From contig JBGCFM010000009.1 in the NCBI GenBank assembly GCA_045106895.1, positions 1 to 33,183 of the forward strand: a stretch of DNA of 33,183 nt. The letters run 5' to 3'. How positions within the stretch are numbered: the stretch's first letter is position 1; each line of letters begins with the position of its first letter. The notes beneath the pieces are model-generated. The model ran no database searches. It worked only from the letters and a program-made list of their open reading frames with translations, and was not told the DNA's origin. This stretch comes from Polyangiales bacterium. Lineage in GTDB: Bacteria; Myxococcota_A; Polyangia; Polyangiales; Houyiibacteriaceae. Below, piece by piece: positions 1 through 8,727 of the stretch. The translations under genes were made by a program, and so were the position numbers.

Positions 1-704
1 GCCAAGCACCGCTCCACTTCGCCGAAGCCGGGGGGAGGTTCGTTGGCCGAGGCGGCGCTGACGCTTCCGTTTGCCGCGATGACGAAGCGCATCGTGAGCG
101 TTCCCGCGAGCGTCGGGGCGCTTTGGAGCGCTCTCTCGTAGCAGTAGCGCGCCTCGTTGAGGTGACGCCGAACTACCCGGCGGATCACCTCCCTTGGCAA
201 AGAGCCTCGCACCTCCGCCTCGGGTTCCGTTGGCGGAGGAGAAGTGGAGGGTGGGGAGGCGTTGGTGCTGCCGAATGCGAAGGGATAGTTCACGACGACG
301 ATCCCGCCGCCCGCCGGCGCAGGAAATCTCCATCGTCGCATTCGCTGCACAACACAAGCTGCGACTTGCGCGAAACCGGGCGGAGGCGTTTGCGCCGTGG
401 CTGAGCGGACGGTGCCGTTTCCCGCGATGATGAAGCGCACGGTGACCCGGCCCTCAAGGTCTGGGGCGTCATGAAGAGCTCGCTCGTAGCAGTAGCGCAC
501 CTCGTTGATGTGCCGCTGGATGACATTTCGAATCACTTCCTTCGAGAGGGAGCCTCGTACGACGGGATCGACGACCGGAGGTGTTAAGCTGCGGCCGTCT
601 CCGTCTCCGAGGCTTTCCTCCAGGGCGACACCGGCTTGAGCCGTTCCTTGAGCGAGAGCGGGGAGCGAGACTGCGAGACAAAAAGCGAGCGTCAGAGTCT
701 TCAT
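1..704 (-). CDS. Secreted protein with tandem AgmX/PglI C-terminal (TonB-C-like) domains; 3' end runs off the window
   Basis: Absent from the ORF track. Manual translation from ATG 704: signal peptide MKTLTLAFCLAVSLPALAQ, then GSLSKEVIRNVIQRHINEVRYCYERAL...FPAPAGGGIVVVNYPFAF, a Pro-rich linker, and a second copy GSLPREVIRRVVRRHLNEARYCYERAL... Confidence 0.85.
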   Translation of the reverse strand, partial: MKTLTLAFCLAVSLPALAQGTAQAGVALEESLGDGDGRSLTPPVVDPVVRGSLSKEVIRNVIQRHINEVRYCYERALHDAPDLEGRVTVRFIIAGNGTVRSATAQTPPPGFAQVAACVVQRMRRWRFPAPAGGGIVVVNYPFAFGSTNASPPSTSPPPTEPEAEVRGSLPREVIRRVVRRHLNEARYCYERALQSAPTLAGTLTMRFVIAANGSVSAASANEPPPGFGEVERCL

Positions 705-746
705 GTGCTTCGCGTAGCACGTTCGTCGTCTGATACCCTAAGTGCC

Positions 747-1439
747 GTGAAGAGGTTCCCCCCGGCCCCGTTTGTTTTCGCGCTCGTGATGCTCTGTGTT
801 GCAGGCTGCGCAGAAGACGGCCCGGGTCTCATCGACGGCCGCTGCTTGCCTGGGGGCGACGCGCCGCAGACCATCGACGACGCCGTAGCGAGACTCAATG
901 GTCTTCCCGAGACGTCACTCGGGTGCTTCGTCGCGAGTCTCCCGCGACCCCTCCGACTGACGGCGACGGACAGTCAGTTCTCTGCTCAACCGTCCGCCGG
1001 CGTCGACCGCCCGCGCGTCTTTCTTCACACAGACGGCTTGGTGCTCTCCTTGGCCCTTGGCGGCGAAGGTCAGAACCTTCTTGAGTTCGGCGAATGGGTC
1101 GACGACACGCGGACGGTCAAAGCCGAGCTCGTCTTTCCTCTCGAGTCGCCCGTCGAAACGAGCGATGCATTTGCGCAGGTGGCACGAATGGGGCGTGAAG
1201 GCACGACCTGCGGCACCTGTCACTCAGGCGAAAGCGCTGTCAATGAACGCCCGGGGGCGTACTCTTCGATCGCCCTCGCTCCTGCGCTGCGAAACGTGAT
1301 CAACCTCGAGTACCTGCGGGCCGTCGCCGCGCGATGCGATGCAGAGGCGGACCCCCATGGCTGCACGCTCCTTCACGCGATCTTCGACTACGGTGAAGTC
1401 GTGCATGAGGAGTTCGACGAGGACGTGCGCCGGCTTTAA
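747..1439 (+). CDS. Putative lipoprotein with a single c-type heme motif
   Basis: GTG 747 gives MKRFPPAPFVFALVMLCVAGC (lipobox-like); CGTCH matches CxxCH. The ORF-track start at 636 overlaps the divergent gene. Confidence 0.7.
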   Translation: MKRFPPAPFVFALVMLCVAGCAEDGPGLIDGRCLPGGDAPQTIDDAVARLNGLPETSLGCFVASLPRPLRLTATDSQFSAQPSAGVDRPRVFLHTDGLVLSLALGGEGQNLLEFGEWVDDTRTVKAELVFPLESPVETSDAFAQVARMGREGTTCGTCHSGESAVNERPGAYSSIALAPALRNVINLEYLRAVAARCDAEADPHGCTLLHAIFDYGEVVHEEFDEDVRRL

Positions 1440-1843
1440 AGGTGGGCTGCGTAGAGCACCAGGCCTAGGCGGACGCTCCACGCGATGGTGCGGACCCAGT
1501 TCGAACGAACGAGGCGATGCACGAGAGCGTCGTCGTAGCCTTCGCTGAGCTGGCTGTGCAGTGGCACCTGGAGAAAGAGCGTCGAGAGCCAGATGACGCC
1601 GACAAGGCCGAGTCCGATGATGTGCACCAGCGTCGGTGCATCGGCGACAAGCCAAACAGCCGCGGCAAGCTCTACGAGCATCAACGGGGCCACGATCCAG
1701 GTGATCCGCTGGACGTGCTCCTGCTCGTAGCGCTTGAACTCGCTCGCGCCGACACGCGCAAAGAGCGGGTAGTGCACGAGCTGGACAAACCAAATGACGG
1801 CGCACATCGCGACGGTGGAGGTGCTGTGCGCGAGCTCGATCAT
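1436..1843 (-). CDS. Small integral membrane protein (about 4 TM), conserved hypothetical
   Basis: Four hydrophobic segments; motifs IWFVQLVHYPLF and LVRSNWVRTIAW. Confidence 0.75.
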   Translation of the reverse strand: MIELAHSTSTVAMCAVIWFVQLVHYPLFARVGASEFKRYEQEHVQRITWIVAPLMLVELAAAVWLVADAPTLVHIIGLGLVGVIWLSTLFLQVPLHSQLSEGYDDALVHRLVRSNWVRTIAWSVRLGLVLYAAHL

Positions 1844-1920
1844 TCGGGGAAAAACTGGGGTCGGGCGGTGCGTCGGTCAAGGTGGCGGGAGTGCGCCGGG
1901 GTGCTTCATCCCGACGTCTT

Positions 1921-1950
1921 AAAAAAAAGCCCGACCAGAGGCCGGGCTTC
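1921..1950 (-). terminator. Rho-independent terminator downstream of the DUF937 gene
   Basis: Minus strand reads GAAGCCCGGCCTCTGGTCGGGCTTTTTTTT: GC stem followed by a T8 tract. Confidence 0.8.
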
Positions 1951-1966
1951 ATCGCGTGCGTTGCGT

Positions 1967-2662
1967 CTACTTGAACAAGCCCGAGAGCATGTTGCTGCCG
2001 ACGGCCTTCGCCAGGTCGTCCGCCACATTCCCGTCGCCGTCCTTGTCGAAGAGCGCGCCGAAGATGCCGCCGCCCTGGCCGCCGCCGCTCTGCTGGCTTG
2101 CGCCCTGAAGCATGCCCGCGAGGCCGCCGGCGTCGAGTCCCTGTTCTTTTTTGTTCTTGCCGATGGCGCTCATCACCATAGGCGCGAGCATGACCATGAG
2201 CTGAAGGACCTTGCCCTTGTCGAGGCCGCTCGCCTGCGCCACGCCATCTTCAACGGCGGGCTGCTTGTTGCCGAAGATGTGGCCGAGGATTCCGGCGCCA
2301 TCGACGCTCTTGGCGCTCGTCGGTCCAGGGGCCGCGCCGAGCATGCTCGCTGCCATCGAAAGCAGGTCGCCTGTGCCGCCGCCGCCCGCGCCGCCCGCGC
2401 CGCCGGCGCCGCCGAGGCCTCCGAGCAAGCCGCCGAGTCCGCCGAGAAAGCTCCCGTCGTGGTTCTTATCGACGGCCGCTGCGAGGGCCGTGTCGCCGCC
2501 GGGCTTGGCCGTGTTTCGTGCGAGTCCGCCGAGCATCATTGGCAGTGCCGCGCCGATGGCCGACTGCGTCTGCTGCGGAGATGCCCCGAGCGACTTCGCC
2601 ATCTGCGAGAGCGTGTTGGCGTCGATATGAGAAGAAAGCGTCTTGAGAAGGTCGTTGTCCAT
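1967..2662 (-). CDS. DUF937-family protein
   Basis: QQTQSAIGAALPMMLGGLARN, GAGILGHIFG, Gly-rich linker, C-terminal DKDGDGNVADD (EF-hand-like); ATG at 2662. Confidence 0.8.
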   Translation of the reverse strand: MDNDLLKTLSSHIDANTLSQMAKSLGASPQQTQSAIGAALPMMLGGLARNTAKPGGDTALAAAVDKNHDGSFLGGLGGLLGGLGGAGGAGGAGGGGTGDLLSMAASMLGAAPGPTSAKSVDGAGILGHIFGNKQPAVEDGVAQASGLDKGKVLQLMVMLAPMVMSAIGKNKKEQGLDAGGLAGMLQGASQQSGGGQGGGIFGALFDKDGDGNVADDLAKAVGSNMLSGLFK

Positions 2663-2691
2663 GCGGCTAACTAGCACGGGGGAGGTGCTGA

Positions 2692-4530
2692 TCACACGCG
2701 AGAAGGCGTCGCCAGCGTACCCTCGGCGTAAAACCCTTCGATTTCTTTGGCGTATTGCTCGGAAATCTGAGGGCGCCGAAGCTTCATGCTCGCCGTGAGG
2801 GCGCCACTTTCGATGGTCAACTCTTCAGAGAGAAGCGCGAACTTCTTGATGCTCTGGTATCGCGCGACGCGCCCATTGCACTTGCTGGCGACCTCCGCAT
2901 CGATGTACGCGCGCACCTTCTCGTCGGCGGCGAGGGTCTTCATGTCTGCGCGCGAAGTTCCTGCGGCGTCCGCGAGGGCATCGAGAGCTTCGGGGTCCAG
3001 AGTTAGCAGCGCGGCCAAGAATGGCTTGCGGTCACCAACGACAACCGCCTGCCCAACGCCGACGATGCTCTGCAGATAGAACTCCAGTTCGACGGGCGCG
3101 ACGTTCTTCGCGCCAGCGGTGATGATGAGCTCCTTGAGACGACCTGTGATCTTCAGGTTGCCGTCGGCGTCGAGCTCGCCGGCGTCTCCGGTTCGTAGCC
3201 AACCGTCTTCGCTGAAGAGCGCCAACGTTTCTTTTTCCATGCCGCGATAGCCCTTCACCATGTTGCGGCCACGCAGCTGAATCTCGCTCTCATCCCCGAT
3301 GCGAACTTCGATGCCTTCGAAGCACTTGCCTACAGTGCCGAAAGCGGGCCGGCGCGGATCCGTGATCGTCGCGGCTCCGCTCGTCTCTGTGAGGCCGTAC
3401 ACTTCGTACACGCAGATGCCGAGGCTCGCGAAGAAGTCTTGAGTCTCGCTCGAGATCGGCGCGGAACCCGTCACCGCGATCTGCAGTCGGTCGAGCCCGA
3501 GGGCGGTCTTGATCTTGTCGATGACAAGCGCGCGCGCGACCTTGCGCTTTAGAGGCATATACTCGTGCGCCAAGAGACCCTGGCGGACCTGCTCGCGGAA
3601 GCAGGCGAGCTCCGTGTCCATGGCCCATGTCGCGAGCTTCGCTTTGATGCCCGTCGCTTGGGAGAGGCGAGCTCGGAGCGCAGCTTCGAACTTTTCCCAC
3701 ACGCGGGGAACGCCCAGGAACACAGTGGGCCGCACGTCGCCGAGGTAGTCGCGGACCTGTGCGATCTCTGGGCAGAAGTAGGACTGTCCGCCAACGAGCA
3801 AACACACGACGTTCGTCAGCAGCTGTTCGGCCTGATGCGAGAGCGGGAGGTACGAGACGGTGTGGTATTCGAGCTCGTCGCGAAAGCGCGGGTCAAAGGC
3901 GAGGAGGCCGTTGCCCACATGGATGACGCCGCCGTGATCGATCTCGACGCCTTTGGGTACGCCGGTCGTGCCCGAAGTGTAGATCATGATGCAGGTGTCG
4001 TCGTCGCTCAGCGCGTCGATGCGTGCGTCGAGCGGCGCGTCGTCCTGGCGGCGGCCTTCAGCGACGAGGTCGGCGAAGGAGATGACACGTTCGTCTTCGT
4101 GCTGGAGCGCGAAGAAGGTCACGTAGGTATGAACGCCTTCGAGCTCGCCTTCGCCCTCGGCCTCGAGAAATTTCGCGAGCAACTCTTCGCCATCGACGCA
4201 GATGATCTGTGCGCCGGAGTGGCGCGCGATGTAGGCGGTCTGTTGTACGGTACACGTTCCGTAGATCGGCGCGGGGACGCCTGCCGCGGCCATGGCGCCA
4301 AACTCTAGCTGGACCCACTCGGGGTGGTTCGCGCCGGCGATGACGATGGATTCGCCCACGCCGAGTCCGCGCTTCATGAAGGCCTTGCCCACGGAACGGA
4401 CGTTGTCCCAGTACGTTCGCCAGGTCGTCGACTCCCATGCGCCGTTTCGCTTGGCATGAAGGGCGGGCCCGTGCGGGCGCTCGGCTGCCCAGTGAGCGAT
4501 ATGGTGGACCAAGGTCGTCGGAGCGGTCAT
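2692..4530 (-). CDS. Long-chain fatty acid-CoA ligase (AMP-dependent synthetase)
   Basis: IYTSGTTGVPKG, YEVYGLTET, GWLRTGDAG, ITGRLKELIITAGAKNVAP, LTASMKLRR. Confidence 0.92.
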   Translation of the reverse strand: MTAPTTLVHHIAHWAAERPHGPALHAKRNGAWESTTWRTYWDNVRSVGKAFMKRGLGVGESIVIAGANHPEWVQLEFGAMAAAGVPAPIYGTCTVQQTAYIARHSGAQIICVDGEELLAKFLEAEGEGELEGVHTYVTFFALQHEDERVISFADLVAEGRRQDDAPLDARIDALSDDDTCIMIYTSGTTGVPKGVEIDHGGVIHVGNGLLAFDPRFRDELEYHTVSYLPLSHQAEQLLTNVVCLLVGGQSYFCPEIAQVRDYLGDVRPTVFLGVPRVWEKFEAALRARLSQATGIKAKLATWAMDTELACFREQVRQGLLAHEYMPLKRKVARALVIDKIKTALGLDRLQIAVTGSAPISSETQDFFASLGICVYEVYGLTETSGAATITDPRRPAFGTVGKCFEGIEVRIGDESEIQLRGRNMVKGYRGMEKETLALFSEDGWLRTGDAGELDADGNLKITGRLKELIITAGAKNVAPVELEFYLQSIVGVGQAVVVGDRKPFLAALLTLDPEALDALADAAGTSRADMKTLAADEKVRAYIDAEVASKCNGRVARYQSIKKFALLSEELTIESGALTASMKLRRPQISEQYAKEIEGFYAEGTLATPSRV

Positions 4531-4678
4531 CGAAGGGCTCTAGCAGCCCCACGGCCCGATACAATCTACCCGACGAGCTTCAGGCACGCCGGACTACGTG
4601 GTTCGGTGGAAAAGCGCTATGCTCGGGATGTGGCTGCACCCGAACTACAGAGGCTTCGTCGCTCGTGTTCAGACCTTG

Positions 4679-4704
4679 TGAAACGTCTCCCTCCCTCGCG
4701 CGTA
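4679..4704 (+). promoter_or_regulatory. Candidate ECF sigma promoter (TGAAAC-N16-CGTA)
   Basis: TGAAAC 4679-4684, 16-nt spacer, CGTA 4701-4704, 11 nt before ATG 4716; matches the SigW-type consensus. Confidence 0.5.
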
Positions 4705-4715
4705 CGAGAGGCGTA

Positions 4716-5300
4716 ATGAACTCGCCTCGACTCAAACTAACAGGTCTCTTTGTGTTGATGGTCGGCGCTTGTTCGAACGGCGAAACCCACTCGGAGCCCG
4801 TGCCCGTCATCGCGACGAACGCCGCGACGAACGCCACGAACGCTGCCACAGCGGAAGCCCTGTATTCTCCCTTCGTCATCGACGTCGCCCATGACCACCT
4901 TCCTTTTCGGCAGATCACGTTCAAGGACGTCGGCATGAGTCTCGCGCCGGAGGACCGCGCTCATGTCTATGAGCTGGTCGCCGAGGAGCTTCGAGAAGGG
5001 CTGAGCGAAGCCGGCATCGATGCGAGCGTGAGCCACGACGTGCGGTGGAGCGAACCAGCCCATCACTTGGCCTGTCAGGGCGAACACATCTATGTGGACA
5101 TGTGGCACGCCGGTCCGGCGGACGGCACCGGCAACTGGGGCTACTCGCTCTGGAGCGGATGCGAGGCCGAGAGCGAGTTCGGACGAGGGGATGTCGCGAG
5201 CGAACGTGACGGCGCGATTGCGGCGCAACCCTTGGCTCGTCACATCGCTCAGCGAATCCAAGACGCCACCGACACCCGCTGTTTCCGCAAGCGTTGTTAG
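4716..5300 (+). CDS. Hypothetical lipoprotein
   Basis: MNSPRLKLTGLFVLMVGAC lipobox; ATNA low-complexity repeat; four further Cys. Confidence 0.7.
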   Translation: MNSPRLKLTGLFVLMVGACSNGETHSEPVPVIATNAATNATNAATAEALYSPFVIDVAHDHLPFRQITFKDVGMSLAPEDRAHVYELVAEELREGLSEAGIDASVSHDVRWSEPAHHLACQGEHIYVDMWHAGPADGTGNWGYSLWSGCEAESEFGRGDVASERDGAIAAQPLARHIAQRIQDATDTRCFRKRC

Positions 5301-5569
5301 GAGCTCAGAGCCGCGCCAAAGGTCCACGCTTTGTGCACTTCGGCGGCTGCGACGAGAGCGCTCATGAGCTCGGCCCAAGGTGCAGACGCGAGGGTTTCAT
5401 CCACCGAGCCGCGAACCTCGACGCATGCATCCCAAGAGCGCTCCGCCTGAACCCCGATGGGTTTGAGCACGTTCACGTCGGCGCATGCGCCAGCGAGCTC
5501 CACGAGGTTCTTGTTCATCGCCTTCGTATCGACGTCGTCGCGAAACGTCACGAGTGTGATGTGCAGCAT
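5297..5569 (-). CDS. Small protein, possibly Dabb/stress-responsive alpha-beta barrel-like
   Basis: N-terminus MLHITLVTFRDDVD resembles Dabb starts; begins 3 nt after the phosphotransferase stop. Confidence 0.55.
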   Translation of the reverse strand: MLHITLVTFRDDVDTKAMNKNLVELAGACADVNVLKPIGVQAERSWDACVEVRGSVDETLASAPWAELMSALVAAAEVHKAWTFGAALSS

Positions 5570-5572
5570 GCC

Positions 5573-6616
5573 CTAGGCTCCCACGAGTTGGACGGCGATG
5601 CTTGAGAGCTGGCGCACAGCGGTCTGAAACATCTCGGCTCCTTCGCCGGACGCGTTGCCTTGCAGGCTGCGCTTGTAGACGCCCTGGGCGATGGCCGCGA
5701 GGCGGAAGAGCCCAAAGGCCTTGAAGTACACAAAGTCGCTCTCGTCCGCGATGCCGCCATGGCGACGGTAGGCCTCCACAAACGCGCTCTCGCGCGGGAT
5801 CCCGCTGGCTTCAAAGTCGACGCCGCGTAGTCCACCGATCTTCGGCAGCTCCACCTCGTAAAGCATGCAGGCGTACGCGACATCTGCGAGCGGGTGTCCA
5901 AGCGTCGAGAGCTCCCAGTCGATGAGGGCCAGCGCTTTGGGCTCGTGCTTGTCGAAGATGAGGTTGTCCAGACGGTAGTCACCGTGCACCAACGTCGTGC
6001 GCTCGCCCGCTGGAATGTTCTCCGGGAGATAGCGCATGAGAGCGTCCATGGCTGGAACCTCGTCGGTCTTCGACGCGAGGTACTGTTTGCTCCAGCGACG
6101 GACTTGCCGCTCGACGTATTGCCCCACCTTCCCGTAGTCACCAAGGCCCACCTCCGCGGGGTCCACGGCGTGGAGTTCCGCGAGAACGCGTGCGAGCTCG
6201 TCGTAGATGGCGGCCCGCGTCTGTGGGGACTCGTCGGGAATCTGCACGTTCCAGAAGAGACGCCCGTCCACATGCTCCATCACAAAGAATGGCGTGCCGA
6301 CGATGCTCTCGTCCTCGCACTCCGCGATGACGTTGGCGACGGGAACCTTCGTGTCTTTGAGGGCGCGGGTGATTCGCGCTTCTCGTTCAACGGCGTGGGC
6401 GCTCGGCAAGAGTTTGCCGGGAGGTTTCTTGCGAAGCACGTACGCTCGCTCGCCGTCGTGCACCCAGTACGTGGGGTTTGATTGTCCGCCGCGAAACACT
6501 CGAAGACTAAGCGACTCTGCGCCGCCGACGGCCTCTTGCCACCAGGTGGTCAGCGTGGAGAGCTCAAATGGAAGTTCACCTTCTCGTGGTGGCCGTGTGG
6601 AGGCGGGAGCGTTCAT
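5573..6616 (-). CDS. APH-family phosphotransferase (ACAD10/11 kinase-domain-like)
   Basis: FRGGQSNPTY, VLRKKPPGKLLPSAHAVERE, LVHGDYRLDNLIF, IDWELSTLGHPLAD; ATG at 6616. Confidence 0.92.
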   Translation of the reverse strand: MNAPASTRPPREGELPFELSTLTTWWQEAVGGAESLSLRVFRGGQSNPTYWVHDGERAYVLRKKPPGKLLPSAHAVEREARITRALKDTKVPVANVIAECEDESIVGTPFFVMEHVDGRLFWNVQIPDESPQTRAAIYDELARVLAELHAVDPAEVGLGDYGKVGQYVERQVRRWSKQYLASKTDEVPAMDALMRYLPENIPAGERTTLVHGDYRLDNLIFDKHEPKALALIDWELSTLGHPLADVAYACMLYEVELPKIGGLRGVDFEASGIPRESAFVEAYRRHGGIADESDFVYFKAFGLFRLAAIAQGVYKRSLQGNASGEGAEMFQTAVRQLSSIAVQLVGA

Positions 6617-6702
6617 GGTGGGCAGCCTATCAGGTCCTATTCCTTCGCACGGAACTTGAACGAGGCGTTTCGCTTCGCGCCGAACGCTGGTAAGCACAGA
6701 CA

Positions 6703-7917
6703 ATGGATTTCGAACCGTCTGCTGAGCTGACAGCTCTCGTTGAACGCGCCCGCACTTTCATGCAGCGAGTCGTCTACCCACTTGAACCAGTGGTCGCTGT
6801 GGACGGTTTCGACGCATCCATCGACGCGCTCCAGGCGGCCCGCGAAGAGTGCCGTAAAGCGGGCCTTTGGGGCCCCCAAGTGCCCAAAGAGTTCGGCGGC
6901 ATGGGCCTATCGTTTCTCGACCACGCGATGCTCAGCGAGGAGATCGGACGCAGTCTGCTCGGTCACTACGTCTTCGGTTGTCAGGCGCCGGATGCAGGGA
7001 ACATGGAGGTGCTTCACCAGTATGGCACCGAAGAACAGCAGGCGACCTACTTGGCGCCGCTTGCCCGCGGCGAGATTCGAAGCTGCTTCTCCATGACCGA
7101 ACCGGATCGCGCCGGATCCAATCCCACGTGGCTCGACACGACAGCCACCTTGGAGGGTGACGAGTGGGTCATCACGGGTCGCAAGTGGTTTACCACCGCA
7201 GCCGACGGCGCCGCCTTCGCCATCGTCATGGCCGTCACTGAGCCCGAAGGCCCTCCACACGCGCGTGCGTCGATGATCATCGTGCCGACGGACACCGAGG
7301 GCTTCAACCACGTCCGCCGTATCGCGATCATGGGCGATGAAGGTAGCGGCTGGATGAGCCACTCGGAGATCGCCTACGAAGGCTGCCGTGTGCCCAAAAC
7401 GAACCTCTTGGGTGAACGCGGCGCCGGTTTTCGCATTGCCCAGCAACGTCTCGGACCAGGTCGTATTCACCACTGCATGCGTTGGCTCGGACTCTCGGAG
7501 CGTGCCTTCGATCTGATGTGTGAGCGTGCGGTGACCCGAGACATCGCGCCGGGAAAGAAGCTTGGCGAGCAGCAAGCGATACAACACTGGGTCGCCGAGA
7601 GTCGAGCGGAGATCGATTCGGCGCGCTTGTACGTGCAGCGCACCGCCGCGCGCATCGACAGCCAAGGTTCACGTGCCGCCCGCACGGACATCTCGTGCAT
7701 CAAGTTTCATGTTGCCGGCGTTCTTCAGCGTGTCGTCGACCGCGCCATTCAGGTCCATGGCGCCCTCGGAATGACCGAGGACACCCCGCTCTCGTCGATC
7801 TTCCGCCACGAACGAGGTGCCCGCATCTATGACGGCCCAGATGAGGTGCATAAGAGCGCCGTCGCCCGTCATATTCTCAAGAAATATGGCCACGAGCTCG
7901 GCTCCATCGGGCGCTGA
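6703..7917 (+). CDS. Acyl-CoA dehydrogenase (ACAD10/11 dehydrogenase-domain-like)
   Basis: CQAPDAGNMEVL, RSCFSMTEP, GRKWFTT, AQQRLGPGRIHHCMR, ARIYDGPDEVH. Confidence 0.93.
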   Translation: MDFEPSAELTALVERARTFMQRVVYPLEPVVAVDGFDASIDALQAAREECRKAGLWGPQVPKEFGGMGLSFLDHAMLSEEIGRSLLGHYVFGCQAPDAGNMEVLHQYGTEEQQATYLAPLARGEIRSCFSMTEPDRAGSNPTWLDTTATLEGDEWVITGRKWFTTAADGAAFAIVMAVTEPEGPPHARASMIIVPTDTEGFNHVRRIAIMGDEGSGWMSHSEIAYEGCRVPKTNLLGERGAGFRIAQQRLGPGRIHHCMRWLGLSERAFDLMCERAVTRDIAPGKKLGEQQAIQHWVAESRAEIDSARLYVQRTAARIDSQGSRAARTDISCIKFHVAGVLQRVVDRAIQVHGALGMTEDTPLSSIFRHERGARIYDGPDEVHKSAVARHILKKYGHELGSIGR

Positions 7918-7965
7918 GCCCCGCCGGACTATGTTCGTCGGCGAAAACGCGCTAAACATCTGCGT

Positions 7966-8688
7966 ATGAAGACAACGCTCCTGGTGGGTTTTTCCGCACT
8001 TCTTGCATTTGGATGTGGCGACGACGACATGATGGGCGACGCCGGCGGTGATAGCGGACCGGCGGACAGCGGCGCCGACATCGCTCAGCCAGACGTTGGC
8101 CCCATGGAAGACGCAGGCCCCATGGAAGACGCAGGCCCCGGCGACGCTGGACCTCCAGAGGACGCTGGAAGCGACGCTGGGCCTCCTACATGCCCGGACC
8201 TGATGCCGACGCAGGGCGGGGACAACGTCATCATCTCCCAATATGATCTCGCGACGGGTGAAGTGGAGTTCTACAACCCCACCGGCGAAGCCATTGCCCT
8301 CGACGGACTCGAGCTTTGTAGCCGACCCGCTTACGACACCATCAACGACACCGGCATTGTGGTTCCGCCCGGCGGCTACGCGACCTACACCGCGCGTTCA
8401 AGTTTCATGGGCGCAAACCCCTCCCGCGGAGAGCTCGCCCTCTACGACTCCCAGAGCTACAACAGTCGTAACTCCATGATCGACTTTGTGTGCTGGGGCG
8501 AAGAGCTCGATTCGAGCCGCAGCCGCAAAAACATCGCGGAGATGGCGGAGGGCGAAGAAGTTCTATGGGCAGGTGGCTGCAGCGCGAGCCCTTCGGCGAA
8601 CGTGGTAGCGCGCGGAGAGAGCAACACCGGAACAGACGCCGCCGACTACATCAACGAGCAAGGCTTCGCTCCTCACGCCTGCGAGTAA
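7966..8688 (+). CDS. Lipoprotein with DAG-rich linker and possible lamin-tail-like domain
   Basis: LLAFGC lipobox; DAGP repeats; VEFYNPTGEAIALDG and MIDFVCWG resemble lamin-tail-domain motifs. Confidence 0.7.
   Translation: MKTTLLVGFSALLAFGCGDDDMMGDAGGDSGPADSGADIAQPDVGPMEDAGPMEDAGPGDAGPPEDAGSDAGPPTCPDLMPTQGGDNVIISQYDLATGEVEFYNPTGEAIALDGLELCSRPAYDTINDTGIVVPPGGYATYTARSSFMGANPSRGELALYDSQSYNSRNSMIDFVCWGEELDSSRSRKNIAEMAEGEEVLWAGGCSASPSANVVARGESNTGTDAADYINEQGFAPHACE
8101..8139 (+). repeat. 18-bp coding tandem repeat (PMEDAG x2)
   Basis: CCCATGGAAGACGCAGGC occurs twice in tandem. Confidence 0.8.
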
Positions 8689-8727
8689 GAAGAGGCGGCA
8701 CAGGGTCACCTGGCGCGCAGTCGCCCG

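Noticed and set aside
1517..2674. 385-aa plus-strand ORF
   Set aside because: Antisense shadow of the DUF937 and membrane-protein genes; long shadow ORFs are expected at high GC.
5573..6616. Aminoglycoside resistance gene
   Set aside because: Motifs and the adjacent acyl-CoA dehydrogenase indicate the metabolic ACAD10/11-type kinase subfamily.
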